The notes under the pieces are model-generated. The model saw nothing but the letters and a program-made list of their open reading frames with translations. It did no database searches and was not told where the DNA came from. Position numbers and translations under genes: made by a program. This document shows, piece after piece, positions 1 to 12,500 of a DNA stretch of 64,000 nt (position 1 is the first letter of the stretch; each line of letters begins with the position of its first letter). The stretch is taken from contig CM060733.1 of NCBI GenBank assembly GCA_030704615.1, positions 30,256,001 to 30,320,000 of the forward strand. The letters run 5' to 3'. The stretch is from Takakia lepidozioides. Lineage: Eukaryota; Plantae; Bryophyta.

Positions 1-2707
1 CTGTTATTACTAGAAGCACGACCTTTGGAGAGGGAAGAAGAAGTCACTTCGACACCACAGCCATCACAGCCAGTTGAATCGGTTGTCTCAGAGGTTCCTC
101 AGTTAGTACATGTTGTGCCACCAAGGCCTATTGCTCTGGAAGGAGAAGGGTTGGACATTCCCACTACAGAGCAGGTCGTGGCAGAAATTGAGAAGGGTGA
201 CCTTCTCTATGAAAACTCTGGCTTGGTTAGGGAATCAGTGGTACCAGAGGTGCAGAGTCTGTCCAGGGAAATCCCTGCTAAGCATGTAATATCCAAACCT
301 GTGACGGAGGTACCAGGGGTAGAATGCAAGGACACTGCAGCACCTGTGGAGGAAGAGGTCATTCAGGAAGAAGATCTGGTGGGACAATGGCCTGAATGGT
401 TGGTGCAACATCACACTGTGGAGGATCAGGGAGAACAGCAACAAGTTCACCATGAAGACCCACAGCAGGCCATGCTTATGAGTTCCATAAGCAGGACAAT
501 CAATTTGTTGGGCACTTATATGAAATCCCATGTTCCATCTACACAATTGGCAGCTTTGAGGGAGGAACTCAGGAAGGAGTTTGAGACTAGACTTGTCACC
601 GAGTGTGCAAACAAGGTGGATGTGGAGGCCAACCTCAAGTTGCAAAAAGAATTGGAGGATACAAATGCTGCATTGCAGATGGCTGAGGGGAATTTGATTG
701 AAGCAGGTCTCGAGGAGGAGAAGTTGCATGAAGCACATAAACAACAGTTACCAGTTGCAGGTGAAGCATGAGGGCAAGTTGTAGGAAGTGAACATGCTAC
801 ATATAGAGTTGGAGGTAGTTCATCAGAGAATGACCATATAGTGTGCCACACTAACAACTTCTCTGGAGCAAACTGCATTAGAAGTTAACAGACAAGGGGA
901 GGGATGTGTGATGGCAGAAACTGTGATAATAGAGCAAGGGAAACTCATTGTTGATTTGAAGGCTACAATCTGTCGCAATGAGAATACTTTCCAACAGTAC
1001 AGTCAGGTTGAGGCTGACCAGGAGAGGTACATCCTGGAGTTGCAGCAAACACTCATGGTCAATAGAAATGAACTTTCTGTGGCTAACAAAGCTTGGAAGG
1101 AAGCCAATAATCTAGCTGCTGCCTATGCGGGCTTGGTTGAACCTCATGCAAAGCGCATGGAGACAGCAGTAGTTAGATATATACAGACTCAAGGAGGAGC
1201 AGACTCTCAGGGGTGCCACACAGGACTTGGTGGATAATCACCTTATGCAGGTATGGTTAGCATAAGGGCCGGTAGAAGGCAAAGCACCAAGGAAGCTCAC
1301 CCAGGGCAAGATGAATGACCTCAGATTGCAGGTGCAGAACATTGTCACAATTACTATAGATAATGTCTATAGTAGGATAGCGGAGTTACAGGATGATGTG
1401 GAAGGCCTGCAGACTCAAGTAGATGGCCTGAGTTCAAATATTGACAAGAGAGTCTTTGATCCTGAGGAACAGCTGATGGCTACTTATTTGCATGCCAGGA
1501 CTCTAATTTTTCAGTCTTCTTCGCAGGGGGTGCAGGAGATGCCAGTGGTAGAAGGGCCAGTGGTGCCAATACCACAGCAGGTGCCTGTGCAGGTAGCTGA
1601 CCCTGTTGCTACTACAGCAAAACCATAGCCTGAGGTATGGGGGGATGCTGCTTTTAACCCACCTAGGACTCCTGCTGCATGGGAGTACAGTCGGGCTATG
1701 ATTATGTCCTTCAACCAAATTCTCATTGTGTTGGATTTGGCTTAGAAGGAATTTAGTCCTCTGCAGTTGTTGGCACATTACTACCAAATCATGCGCATTT
1801 GGTTGCCAGTGGCAACTCGGACTAAGCTTCTCCCTATCAATCGACCCATTGAGGATCATCACTTTGCAAGGTACTGGTCTAAGGCAGGCACCATGCTCAA
1901 GGAATTAATTGCCTTTCAGGTTGTACATGGGTACATCTATACCAAGACCAAGGAGGTATCTAGTATTGTCATGGGCTGTGGAGTATATTATGCTGCTTGT
2001 TTCATGGTACGTTATCACATTGAGCAGCAGAAGATGCAATCACGATTTTTGAGTTATTCCAGTGGGAATCATTGGGTCTTACCTTCAGTGCCACCTCATA
2101 TGTACGTGTATGATGCAAAAGTTATGATGCAGAAGGATTCCCAACTTCGTTCCTGGTTTAATTTGGCTTGGAACAACTTGACAATGGAGAAATTCGGCCC
2201 TGATGATATTTTCTATAAGGGACATGAAGCCTGGAAATACTTACACTGTTCCAAAGTCATTGGCACACCTCTCACTTATACGGCTAAGGAGTTTAGAGCA
2301 TTCACTCATTTTGCTTGCACGCGCTTACAGCAAGTAGTACAGTTTAAGCTTCCAGACATGGTGGGACAACATGGTATGCCACGCAGGATTCCGGAGAAGC
2401 CACTTAAAATTTGTCTGTTAAAACACCTAAGGGGGACGATGATTCTGATACTACTGGTTCTTCAGGGGACTCTTTTGACATAGCAGAGGACTATGCACTT
2501 CAGATGGCAGAGAAGAAACGACGAGGATCTCATATGCCTGAGAGGTTGCCTCGTTATCAGCCACAGGAGGGTCAGACATTTCCATGTAGTGCTCAATCGC
2601 CTCCATCAGCCAGTGACATGCCTCAGGCTTGCACGCGGAGTCCTTCACAAGACTCTCACTGTCAAAAGGGTGCTCGCTCACAAAGGTTTGCTGATCTTAA
2701 ACAGTAA
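1..2707 (+). pseudogene. Disrupted extra ORF (post-pol, coiled-coil) of non-chromovirus Ty3/Gypsy copy A
   Basis: ORF pieces 25-771, 908-1237, 1311-1628, 1767-2483 and 2411-2707 are collinear homologues of the extra ORF at 29882-33436, broken by stops and frameshifts. A PPT and an LTR follow. Confidence 0.85.
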
Positions 2708-2745
2708 ACCATGAGGACACGGTTTTTTGAGAGGGGGAGGGGTAA

Positions 2746-2868
2746 TGTTAGAGGGCTGCTTGGGACTTAGATGCTTTTACGGGTTCTGTGGGGTACCCTT
2801 AATTTTTGCGCAGACTTACAGATGGTAGACTGAGACCAACAGGAGCCTTAGGGGTGGCAAGCGCAGGC

Positions 2869-2900
<32 letters not shown>

Positions 2901-2902
2901 GT
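2746..2902 (+). repeat. 5' part of the 3' LTR of Gypsy copy A, interrupted by MULE-1
   Basis: PPT GAGAGGGGGAGGGG, then TGTTAG at 2746. Homologous to the intact LTR 33475-34265 and resumes at about 26712. Confidence 0.8.
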
Positions 2903-2972
2903 GCTATTCTGTGAGCCCGGAGGCGTGAGCCTGTGAGCCCAGGAAACCGTGAGCCCAGCACAGGCTCACGCC
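2903..2972 (+). repeat. Left TIR/subterminal GTGAGC(C) repeats of MULE-1
   Basis: GCTA terminus, four direct GTGAGCC motifs and one inverted GGCTCAC. Confidence 0.75.
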
Positions 2973-3601
2973 ATGTCAGCTTACATACAGGGCCTATTTC
3001 CGCGGGTGTCACCTATTTCCGCGGGTTGATCAGCCATTTCCCGGGAATGCAGAGTGGATATGTTACATCCATTATATCCATTGCATCCATGCAGACGTTA
3101 TCAACATACCAAGCCCTCAGAAGTTTATGTGGGTACGTCGTGAGGAGGTGCACACTGACATGATCTAAAGCGGAACCCTGCGAAATCTTTTCTTACTCAC
3201 CACCCTTGCGAACATGCCAGGTATGTGCGGGAGCATCATGGATGCTCATTAGATTTGAGAATGCCTCACAGCTCTTTGATGAGGTGGACTTCACCGTGAT
3301 GGATTCACCAACCATTCTTCTAGCAGGAATGGTTTGGAGACCAACGAGCAACTGATGCGAGAATGCTCTACACGAACCAAAGTCGTTTGTTTGTATTTGC
3401 AATGCACTCAAGTCTGTGAGGTCCAGAGAACACTAAATAGATTGAAGGAACAATCCGGGCAGACCATGCAACCCCCATCTCCAACAATAGTTTGTTCCCA
3501 TTAATGTGCATTCCACGCACACATTGCAAACAGGACAACAAGGACACACAACCATCCTATTTCAAATTTGGCCCCGAATAAAACGAAAAGAAAACTTCAT
3601 A

Positions 3602-6600
3602 TCAAGTGTCACAGTCATCAGAATCAGTCTCGACCTCCTGTGCTATGTCATCCACAAAGATTCTGGCCCCAACACCACGTCTTCTACCACGGCCGTGGAT
3701 AGGTGGACTCCGAGTGCCATGAACGGCCATGCTTGTTGCGAGTGCCTCCGCATAGACAGGTAGCACGCAAGACCGAGGAGGACTAGAAAGAAGTCCAAAC
3801 ATGTGTGATAGCCCTGGAGGGCAAGTGGAAGCACGCGGACTCCTGCACATGTCGACAAAAACCCATTCAGAACACAATATGCAATACACAAGTCCAACGA
3901 AGAGGATGTCTGCCATGTGAACTTTGCCTCAAGAAGAGTGATTCTCGATATTGAAACAACAATGCAAGCATGCACAGGTTGAACTTACTCACAGGCAAAG
4001 TCGGAGTCCAGCTCCTTGTCGGAAGTCTCCTCTGTATCAATATCAGCGGGACGGGGCTTCGGAAGGACTTGAGAAGTGTGTCCACCCAAACCCATAAGGA
4101 GGTTGTTGTAAATCTCAGCATCCCCTTCAATCCCAAAGAGATGTCGGGCACTGGCCTTGCAAGCGTGGTACGAAGCACCTGCAGTGGAATAGAATGAAGG
4201 AAGCAGACATTGAAGACACATATGGAACGGTGGGAAGTACTGAAAGTGCAAGCTCAATCAAACCTCATGAAATCCAAATGTTGAAGAGACGAACCTGTGC
4301 CCATTGACAAATCCAGAACTCTGGTGTCTGTGTAGGTGCAGCACTCCACAATCGTTTGAATGAAAGCCGGGCTCCTCTCCCTCGCCCCTCTCCAAGGAAC
4401 CCCATTCCCCCTTCGCAAGCAGACGTTGCTGTCGACGTAGTTGTGGTGCATGTCATCCGTTGGAGGATCTGTCGTGTCGTCTATGAACTTGCCCCCATGA
4501 GTGATGGCGAACTCCGAAATGTCGGCCGGAGTCGTTGGTGGATGCACTCGGACGAGACAAACAGCTTCAAACAAACGAGTCTGCGAACAACACATTCAGA
4601 AGGAACTAAGAAGCTTAAAAAATCAGGCCCCTACATATGAGATCGAGCGACCTATACAACTCCATCCGAGAACCACCAAGAAGAGGAAGAAGAAGGTAAA
4701 TTTACCATCTCTCCCGGACGATCCCCCTTCGTAAGGTACATGCTGTTCACACAATTCCATGTCTTCAGGACTCTCATGCCCGAGGCTTTCAAATAGCTGG
4801 CAAGTGCACGGCGACAGCGAACGTCGGCGGACTGTATGAGCACCAAAACACCTGCATCGGACAGGAAAAAATTGCAAAAGGAGAAAACCCACTGCCAGTA
4901 GCGCTCATCAAAAGCATTCCAACCCGGACAAGCACCCGATGGAGGGACATCCGGGACTGCCAACCCATCAGGGATGTCCAAGATTATGAGTTCGGCTGCA
5001 TATTGCTTCTCCTTCCCGTTCACCCAGGATTTGGTCATTTTAGCCTGCAAACAAAATTACAATGGAATACTCAAGAGGATTGAAACGATCCATGCCCACT
5101 GCAGAGAACATGCAAAAGAGAACACGCACCGTGCCGAGGAACTGTACAATCCTCTCCCACACTGGTGATGGCTCGCCCTTGTAATCAGATTTCTTCGACT
5201 CCATCATGGCAAGGAATCCGACGTTGGCCATCTCCAACCTGGTAGGGCGAATGACCCTCGTCGGATGTTCCACTGCATGGTACGGGTCCTTGGGATCAAC
5301 CACCCCCTTGTTCTTTCTCACGGATCCCCTACCATGCGGTGGAGTCTGCTGGACATGCACCACTGGGCCAATATCTGCAACACTTCCCTGCCCTTGTGCC
5401 ACCTTCCCTCTACCCCTTCCTTTCCCCACAACACCAGCAACATCTTTCCCCTTTGCCTTTCTACCTCTACCCGGGGTATCCTGAGCGGGAGGCTCCTTCT
5501 CTGCAAGAGTCCTCAAATTTCGCTCATGAATGTCGAGGTCGGCTGCTGCGGCAGTGGCTGCAATTCGCTCATTCTCTCTCCTCAAAGACACCTCCGGAGC
5601 TGGGGTCTCAGAAGGAGGGCAATCCAAATACCAACCACAAGAAGATAGATGGTCTGGGCCCCAGTCATGCAAGATCCCAGTAGTAAACATAGTCTGATTT
5701 CCAGCAGGGACAAGCCAGAGGTCCACGAAATCTGGATGTTTGTCCAAACAATTCTCTTCCATGAGAACAAACTTTATGTACCTGCAGGAACAAAGACAGC
5801 CTCATTATGCAATGCAAATATTGTCTCTCAGTTTTTCCATCACATTCCCCTTAAACTGTATGCGTCACAGTACATTGCAACCACAGGACACCAAGTAAAC
5901 TGAACTGCCCAGGGAGTGCACCTGTAAAGGCATCGTTTCCAGGCTTCCTCTCCTTTTTCTTGCTGGTCAAGGTCATGTGTTCGACTGATGCCACCCTCCT
6001 TGCTGAACTCTCTAAAGAAACAAGAGTGCCACACTGTGGCTCTCCATTTCCTCATGTATGCTTCGAAGGAGACCTTCGGTGCTGTCATAGTGATGCCATA
6101 GTCAGCCAGCTGAGTATGCAGAACCGACCGTGCCCTTTCTTCCAACTGCAAAACAATTCAAATGCAAGAATGAACCCAAAAAAAATCACTGCGAATGTGA
6201 GAGGCAATGGAAAGAGAAGGACAGGAAAAGAGAAAAGAAAGTGACACAGGAAAGGACAACACACCTGGCTCCAGTAAGTGGCCTTGTGAAGCCATGTGTC
6301 CAGCACATTGTCACTGACTGGAATGACACGCTGGGTCTTCTTCTCTTTCTCCGGCCTGGGGAACATGTGTGTATCCCTAACTGTGGGATCGGAGTTCCAT
6401 ATCTGTAGCCACTTCACCTTCTGTTCTGAAGACACAACGGCGGTAGACAACCTGTGTAACTTCTCCTGGGCCATCTCTGGCTTGCCTGGCTTGTTATAAT
6501 GGTTTTTTATCTCCAAGAGAAACTGCGCTCCGAATGATGGGTCGGCAATTCTCAACTGCTTCACAAAAGCACTCATTATAGTCCTTCTTGTAGCGGTCAT

Positions 6601-7698
6601 CTCTTTTTGGATGTGAGTCTCAACCCCCTTTGTTGTCCTTCTCTCCTCAGGGGTTGACCTGTAGTATTCCAGTTTGCCACGCTCCCCTGCATCTGCAATG
6701 TCTTGCTGCAAGGGAATGCACGAAGTTGCATGAACCGAAGGGCAAGGGAAACAAACAGAAACAAACATGTGGAAGCAGGACTATGGAAAGGGCAGATGAA
6801 GGAAGATGTATCTCACCGTGTACATGTACTCCATGAAAGCCTCGCGTGTCAACGAGTACCACGTTTCCGATGTCTTGGAGCTTTCGCACTTCTTGTACGT
6901 CTCCGCTGAAAGGATGGTCTTGAAGTTGGTCAAGGGCATCTGCCCGATCCTTTGTATCCTATACAGTGTGTGAACCAGACTCGTTTTGACATGCGATGTC
7001 TCCGTTCCTCTGCAGAATGATATCTGAAAGTCAGAATGAAATTCAAGGACTTTAATCAAAGAACCAAGGAACTGCAAGTGGAACAGGTAGAATGAGAAAC
7101 CAACCTGTTCACATCATTCATTGCCGTCAGAAGACCCATCATGTTCCCCTCACAATCCAGCACCATCGATCGAATAGAGTAATGCCACTCTTCCTCCTGT
7201 GAGTGCAGCCTCCCAATAACAGCCATCCATGCAAGCAATCGGTGGTTCCCATCCCAAACGTGAAACATCTTCCCGAGAATGCCTGGGTGGAAGGTTTCCT
7301 GGAGAGAAGAAGTTCGAAGGATTCGTTCACCTGTCTCCAAATAGGATCCCAGGAGTCCACGATTGACTCATCCACAAGGAGCTCATTGCCAGTGGAATCC
7401 TTTGTACAAACGTAAAACACTGCGGATCCATCCAAATACCCATGAACAAACTCGGCCTCTAGCTTGAGAATGTCCTTGATGAGGGGTGGTCGAACGACGG
7501 GCATGGAAACCATCCTACACAGGGAATCTTCAACCTCCCACCCGGGGCAAGCATACTTTGCACCACAAGCTGAGAGTTTACCTTCTGACCCCCCAGCATC
7601 TCAGCGGCTTTGCTTTCATAGAACTCATCGTCAACATCAACAATGATATCCTTCCCCAGTCCCGAAGGGATCTCCTCCGCCACACTTTGCATCTTCTC
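3602..7698 (-). pseudogene. Multi-exon ParB/Srx-like + beta-class N4C/N6A DNA methyltransferase-like fusion (MULE-1 copy), frameshifted
   Basis: ParB-like FYV...FHVWDGNHRLLAW; motif IV-like LIILDIPDG; motif X/I/II-like RERSPAFIQTIVECCT...RVLDLSMGTG|ASYHACKASARHLFGIEGD. GT-AG introns at about 7104-7011, 6817-6704, 6264-6146, 5921-5782, 5129-5045, 4704-4581, 4293-4178 and 3987-3843. Frameshifts near 7520 and 7290. Confidence 0.8.
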
Positions 7699-7789
7699 CT
7701 GCAGGGTTGTCCATTCAAATTGACATAAGAGTGAGGCATTAGACGAGGGTGTTTGAGCATGGCAAACAGGCCATCTGTGGTAGAAAAGG

Positions 7790-9946
7790 TGAGCTCAAAC
7801 AGTGTGCGTTGACGCACACTGTTTGAGGTGCAAGGTAAGTGTTCATTGAACCGTAAGTGTTGAAAGAACACTGTTTGAGCTGCCAGATAAGTGTTCATCT
7901 GTCCTCAGAGACATGCCCTATGTGGCCCATTCTCAAATGAAAAAGGCAATGATAAGGGTAGCTCAAACAGTGTGCGCCAACGCACACTGTTTGAGCTGCC
8001 AGGATAGTGATGATTCAACCACTAATTCAAACCCTATGTGGCCAATTTTCAGATGACAAGTGCAATGACATGGCAGCTCAAACAGTGTGCGTTGACGCAC
8101 ACTGTTTGAGCTGCCATGCAACTGATGATTGAACCTCCGAGACCTGCCCTGTATTGCCGAATTTCACAGTGGAAAAACAAAGACAAGGTGTGCTCAAACA
8201 GTGTGCGGCAACGCACACTGTTTGAGCTGCCAGATAAGTGTTCATCTGTCCTCAGAGACATATGCCCTATGTGGCCCATTCTCAAATGAAAAAAACAATG
8301 ATAAGGGTAGCTCAAACAGTGTGCGCCAACGCACACTGTTTGAGCTGCCAGGATAGTGATGATTCAACCACTAATTCAAACCCTATGTGGCCAATTTTCA
8401 GATGACAAGTGCAATGACATGGCAGCTCAAACAGTGTGCGTTGACGCACACTGTTTGAGCTGCCATGCAACTGATGATTGAACCTCCGAGACCTGCCCTG
8501 TATTGCCGAATTTCACAGTGGAAAAACAAAGACAAGGTGTGCTCAAACAGTGTGCGGCAACGCACACTGTTTGAGCTGCCAGATAAGTGTCCATCTGTCC
8601 TCAGAGACATATGCCCTATGTGGCCCATTCTCAAATGAAAAAAACAATGATAAGGGTAGCTCAAACAGTGTGCGCCAACGCACACTGTTTGAGCTGCCAG
8701 GATAGTGATGATTCAACCACTAATTCAAACCCTATGTGGCCAATCTTCAGATGACAAGTGCAATGACATGGCAGCTCAAACAGTGTGCGTTGACGCACAC
8801 TGTTTGAGCTGCCATGCAACTGATGATTGAACCTCCGAGACCTGCCCTGTATTGCCGAATTTCACAGTGGAAAAACAAAGACAAGGTGTGCTCAAACAGT
8901 GTGCGGCAACGCACACTGTTTGAGCTGCCAGATAAGTGTTCATCTGTCCTCAGAGACATATGCCCTATGTGGCCCATTCTCAAATGAAAAAAACAATGAT
9001 AAGGGTAGCTCAAACAGTGTGCGCCAACGCACTCTGTTTGAGCTGCCAGATAGTGATGATTCAACCACTAATTCAAACCCTATGTGGCCAATTTTCAGAT
9101 GACAAGTGCAATGACATGGCAGCTCAAACAGTGTGCGTTGACGCACACTGTTTGAGCTGCCATGCAACTGATGATTGAACCTCCGAGACCTGCCCTGTAT
9201 TGCCGAATTTCACAGTGGAAAAACAAAGACAAGGTGTGCTCAAACAGTGTGCGGCAACGCACACTGTTTGAGCTGCCAGATAAGTGTCCATCTGTCCTCA
9301 GAGACATATGCCCTATGTGGCCCATTCTCAAATGAAAAAACAATGATAAGGGTAGCTCAAACAGTGTGTGCCAACGCACTCTGTTTGAGCTGCCAGGATA
9401 GTGATGATTCAACCACTAATTCAAACCCTATGTGGCCAATCTTCAGATGACAAGTGCAATGACATGGCAGCTCAAACAGTGTGCGTTGACGCACACTGTT
9501 TGAGCTGCCATGCAACTGATGATTGAACCTCCGAGACCTGCCCTGTATTGCCGAATTTCACAGTGGAAAAACAAAGACAAGGTGTGCTCAAACAGTGTGC
9601 GGCAACGCACACTGTTTGAGCTGCCAGATAAGTGTTCATCTGTCCTCAGAGACATATGCCCTATGTGGCCCATTCTCAAATGAAAAAAGCAATGATAAGG
9701 GTAGCTCAAACAGTGTGCGCCAACGCACACTGTTTGAGCTGCCAGGATAGTGATGATTCAACCACTAATTCCAACCCTATGTGGCCAATTTTCAGATGAC
9801 AAGTGCAATGACATGGCAGCTCAAACAGTGTGCGTTGACGCACACTGTTTGAGCTGCCATGCAACTGATGATTGAACCTCCGAGACCTGCCCTGTATTGC
9901 CGAATTTCACAGGGGAAAAACAAAGACAAGGTGTGCTCAAACAGTG
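7790..9946. repeat. Higher-order tandem array: ~6 x 349 bp, each unit three ~116-bp monomers built on the palindrome GCTCAAACAGTGTGCG-N4-CGCACACTGTTTGAGC
   Basis: Palindromes at 7794, 7962, 8077, 8193, 8311, 8426, 8542, 8660, 8775, 8891, 9009, 9123, 9239, 9356, 9471, 9587, 9705 and 9820, with half-sites near 7870 and 9936. Loops cycle TTGA/GCAA/CCAA. Confidence 0.95.
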
Positions 9947-10048
9947 CCAATTTGGCCGTTTTGGCTACACTTTTTGAGCTTCTTGTTCGCGGTTGATGCA
10001 ACCTGCAGAGATGCCGTGTGCAGTCTATGTTCATATCGACATAGAATC

Positions 10049-10567
10049 TCAACTTGGGTTCACATTAGCAATGAAGCACAAAGATGGGTTCCAAAGATTG
10101 AACCTTTTTTTGGGCTGCTCCAGAAGACTCCCCAATCGCCGGGGACCCTTTGCGCTTCGGACTGCTCTCCACGCCTCTCGTGATCTGGAGCATCTCCCCA
10201 TCCTCTCTTCCACTATTAGGTTCTTCGTGAGGCCAGCGTCAACATCATCTTTGGCGTCTGCCTCTCCCTCGGATGCAGTGTCCTCCTCATCTGTTCTTGG
10301 AACTATGGCAGGCTGCTGGTCTTCCCCGGATTCCTGCTCTTCCATCGCCGAACTTGTCTCTTTGCCCTCTTCTTCCACCTTTTCCTCTTCGGCCACTCTT
10401 TCCATCCTCATTCTATATCTGGCTCTATTCCTGTTTCTAGAGCTCGTGAAGTACAATGATTTCCTTCTCTTCCTCCTCCGCTGGAAACAAGGGCTCCCCA
10501 CGATGCCTCTAGAGCTCTCCAGTTTGACGTTTGCAACAAGGGTTGCTATTGCATGTAACCAAATCAA
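10049..10567 (-). CDS. Probable upstream exon of the MULE-1 ParB-MTase gene (basic NLS-like and acidic low-complexity)
   Basis: RRRKRRKSLYF resembles RRPRRKLRKLYF in the positionally equivalent ORF 63318-63677 of MULE-2. This would place the palindrome array inside the gene. Confidence 0.5.
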   Translation of the reverse strand: MIWLHAIATLVANVKLESSRGIVGSPCFQRRRKRRKSLYFTSSRNRNRARYRMRMERVAEEEKVEEEGKETSSAMEEQESGEDQQPAIVPRTDEEDTASEGEADAKDDVDAGLTKNLIVEERMGRCSRSREAWRAVRSAKGPRRLGSLLEQPKKRFNLWNPSLCFIANVNPS

Positions 10568-11374
10568 AATAGGACATTGTCAACCGTATTTGGATGCGGG
10601 TGTTGTTATTGTGTGTGAACGGAATTCATCCATTTCAGCGTCTTTGTATTATTCAAGAAATAAAGTGCCAGAAAATATGTGCATACGTTGCATGTACTTG
10701 TGATATATGTCAGATGTACTTCGCCGCCTGCCAATATATGGCGGCCTTCTGGAATGGTTTCAAATTCGGAAGTGCCGCACAAATCTAATGCTAGTTCAAT
10801 TTGGAGCAGTTCTTGCAGATTCCCCATAAAATGTTGTGCTTCACATATGCATCCACGTGTTTCATACTGCCTGCCCTGTGCTGTGCATTTTGCCGTCATC
10901 GTCGCCATGGGGTCATTTGGTATAAAGGGTTGTGTCGGAAATGATCTTGTGTTGCACACATCCGTGCGAGGTGACTCTTGGAGTGTCAGTGTTTGTGCTG
11001 TGCTCTTCTGGCACGGCACGACCTCATTACATTCGGGGTCTTCCTGTTTACTGCTCTCCAGGGTTTTGCCGTCTTTCCATAAAGGATGGTTTCATGTCAT
11101 GTTCAGGGTTTGTTTTTCATCCAAAAACAGCACGACTTCTTGTGGCCTTCTTTATTTGAAAACAGTTTTTCTAGTTGGTGTCTCTCAGCGTGGTTATCTC
11201 CGAAGTTCAGTGCATGTCATTCTTGCATCCTTCTGATGCATCGACCGCAACCTTTGGGTTACTGCTACCCTTGTTGACCTCAATTTTTTTGTGGTGGATC
11301 CCCTTTCCAGAATTGCGGGCTATCAAATCGGGGATTCTGTTGTGAATCGAAAGTTTTGGTCAGCGTAGAAAAAC

Positions 11375-11978
11375 ATGTCCAAGGACAAAGATAGACTAGC
11401 ACGATTTCATTCCAATGCAGGTTGTCTTCCAATGACTGCCACTGCAGACGACGATGGGTTTGCAGTTGTTCATGAGGATGAGCTGGTTACAGTGTTCCCA
11501 CTGGAATTGGGTTCTCTGCTTGTTCAAAAAGAGGTGTATGACGAGGATGGGAATTTGGATTCTGGACATTTGGAGAAACCATTGGTTGGCGAGTGTGGAA
11601 GGAAGTGGAGAGTCCTTCCAGGCACATACCGTGTCCTTGGAAAAGAGAGAAGACAATTAGCAGGATCAGTCATTACCCCTGGAACTGCAGCATCGGTCGT
11701 GCAGCAGAAGGGCACAGTTCATGTGAAAAAAGAGGTGAGCACATCCACTACATTCGTGACTCTTTCAGACTCGTCCTCGGAGGATGTTTCTGAGATTCCT
11801 CCGCCAGTGCAGACTCCATTCTTGGATGAATCCGAATTGCAAGAGATAACGAGTGTCATTCCAAAATTGAAAGCCCTCGCAGGGGTGCCTGGGTGCAAGA
11901 GCGAGCTGCGTTTTGTTGATTGGGAGTCCCTTCGTGTGCAGCGGGTTCAATACGTGCCAGCAGAGTTTGATGGGGACA
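11375..11978 (+). pseudogene. MULE-1 transposase, N-terminal part
   Basis: Ends VQYVPAEFDGD and rejoins ILFELNPP at 23369 in frame once the insertion and the 4-bp TSD GACA are removed. Confidence 0.85.
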
Positions 11979-12500
11979 TGTCGTGCGCATACATATCGCT
12001 ACACAACTACATCGCTGTCCAAACCACACCACACATATATGCACAATAAAGTAGTCTGCCACAATGATAGAAAACCAACGAACACACTGGTTACACAAAA
12101 CATGAAAACCAAACCATCACTCTTTAAAACAGTAGTCGAGCCAGGGGCACCCCAAGCTATGGGGACTCCACCCCACAACAACCTACACTCCCATCGTGAG
12201 TACACTCAGACCTAAACGCATGCAGGAGTTCGGTCGCGCAGGCTCAACTCGAGAAAGATGAGCCGCGCGACTGCCGCTCTCGTGAAGATAAGACGGACCA
12301 GGTGTCAAACTAAACTTGACACCTGATTTAACACTTGACCTAAATCCAAGTGTTGAATACAAATAACTAGTTTTATTCTAGCTGTTTTCACACTGTGCTT
12401 ATTTAACTTGACAGCTGTCGTGCGCATACATATCGCTACACAACTACATCGCTGTCCAAACCACACCACACATATATGCACAATAAAGTAGTCTGCCACA
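11979..12500 (-). repeat. 3' terminal repeat block Y(12416-12500)-GC-X(12065-12413)-T-Y(11979-12063)
   Basis: 85-bp Y occurs twice; 349-bp X matches 23020-23368. Both X and Y read TG...CA. PPT-like TAGGGGGGCG at 12503-12512. Confidence 0.9.

Noticed and set aside
3602-7698. Bacterial contamination or prophage, suggested by ParB-MTase
   Set aside because: The gene has GT-AG introns conserved between two copies and is nested among plant retrotransposons
8049-9750. Repeated 75-105-aa ORFs in the array
   Set aside because: By-products of the 349-bp repeat on both strands; no independent coding evidence
7790-9946. CRISPR array (palindromic repeats with spacers)
   Set aside because: Spacers recur with period three, are about 80 bp long, no cas genes are present, and the context is eukaryotic
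10606-11236. Possible additional MULE-1 gene between the ParB-MTase and the transposase
   Set aside because: Overlapping ORFs on both strands with no recognisable motif or paralog in the window
12065-12413. Repeat X and the satellite unit are both 349 bp
   Set aside because: No sequence similarity seen; treated as coincidence
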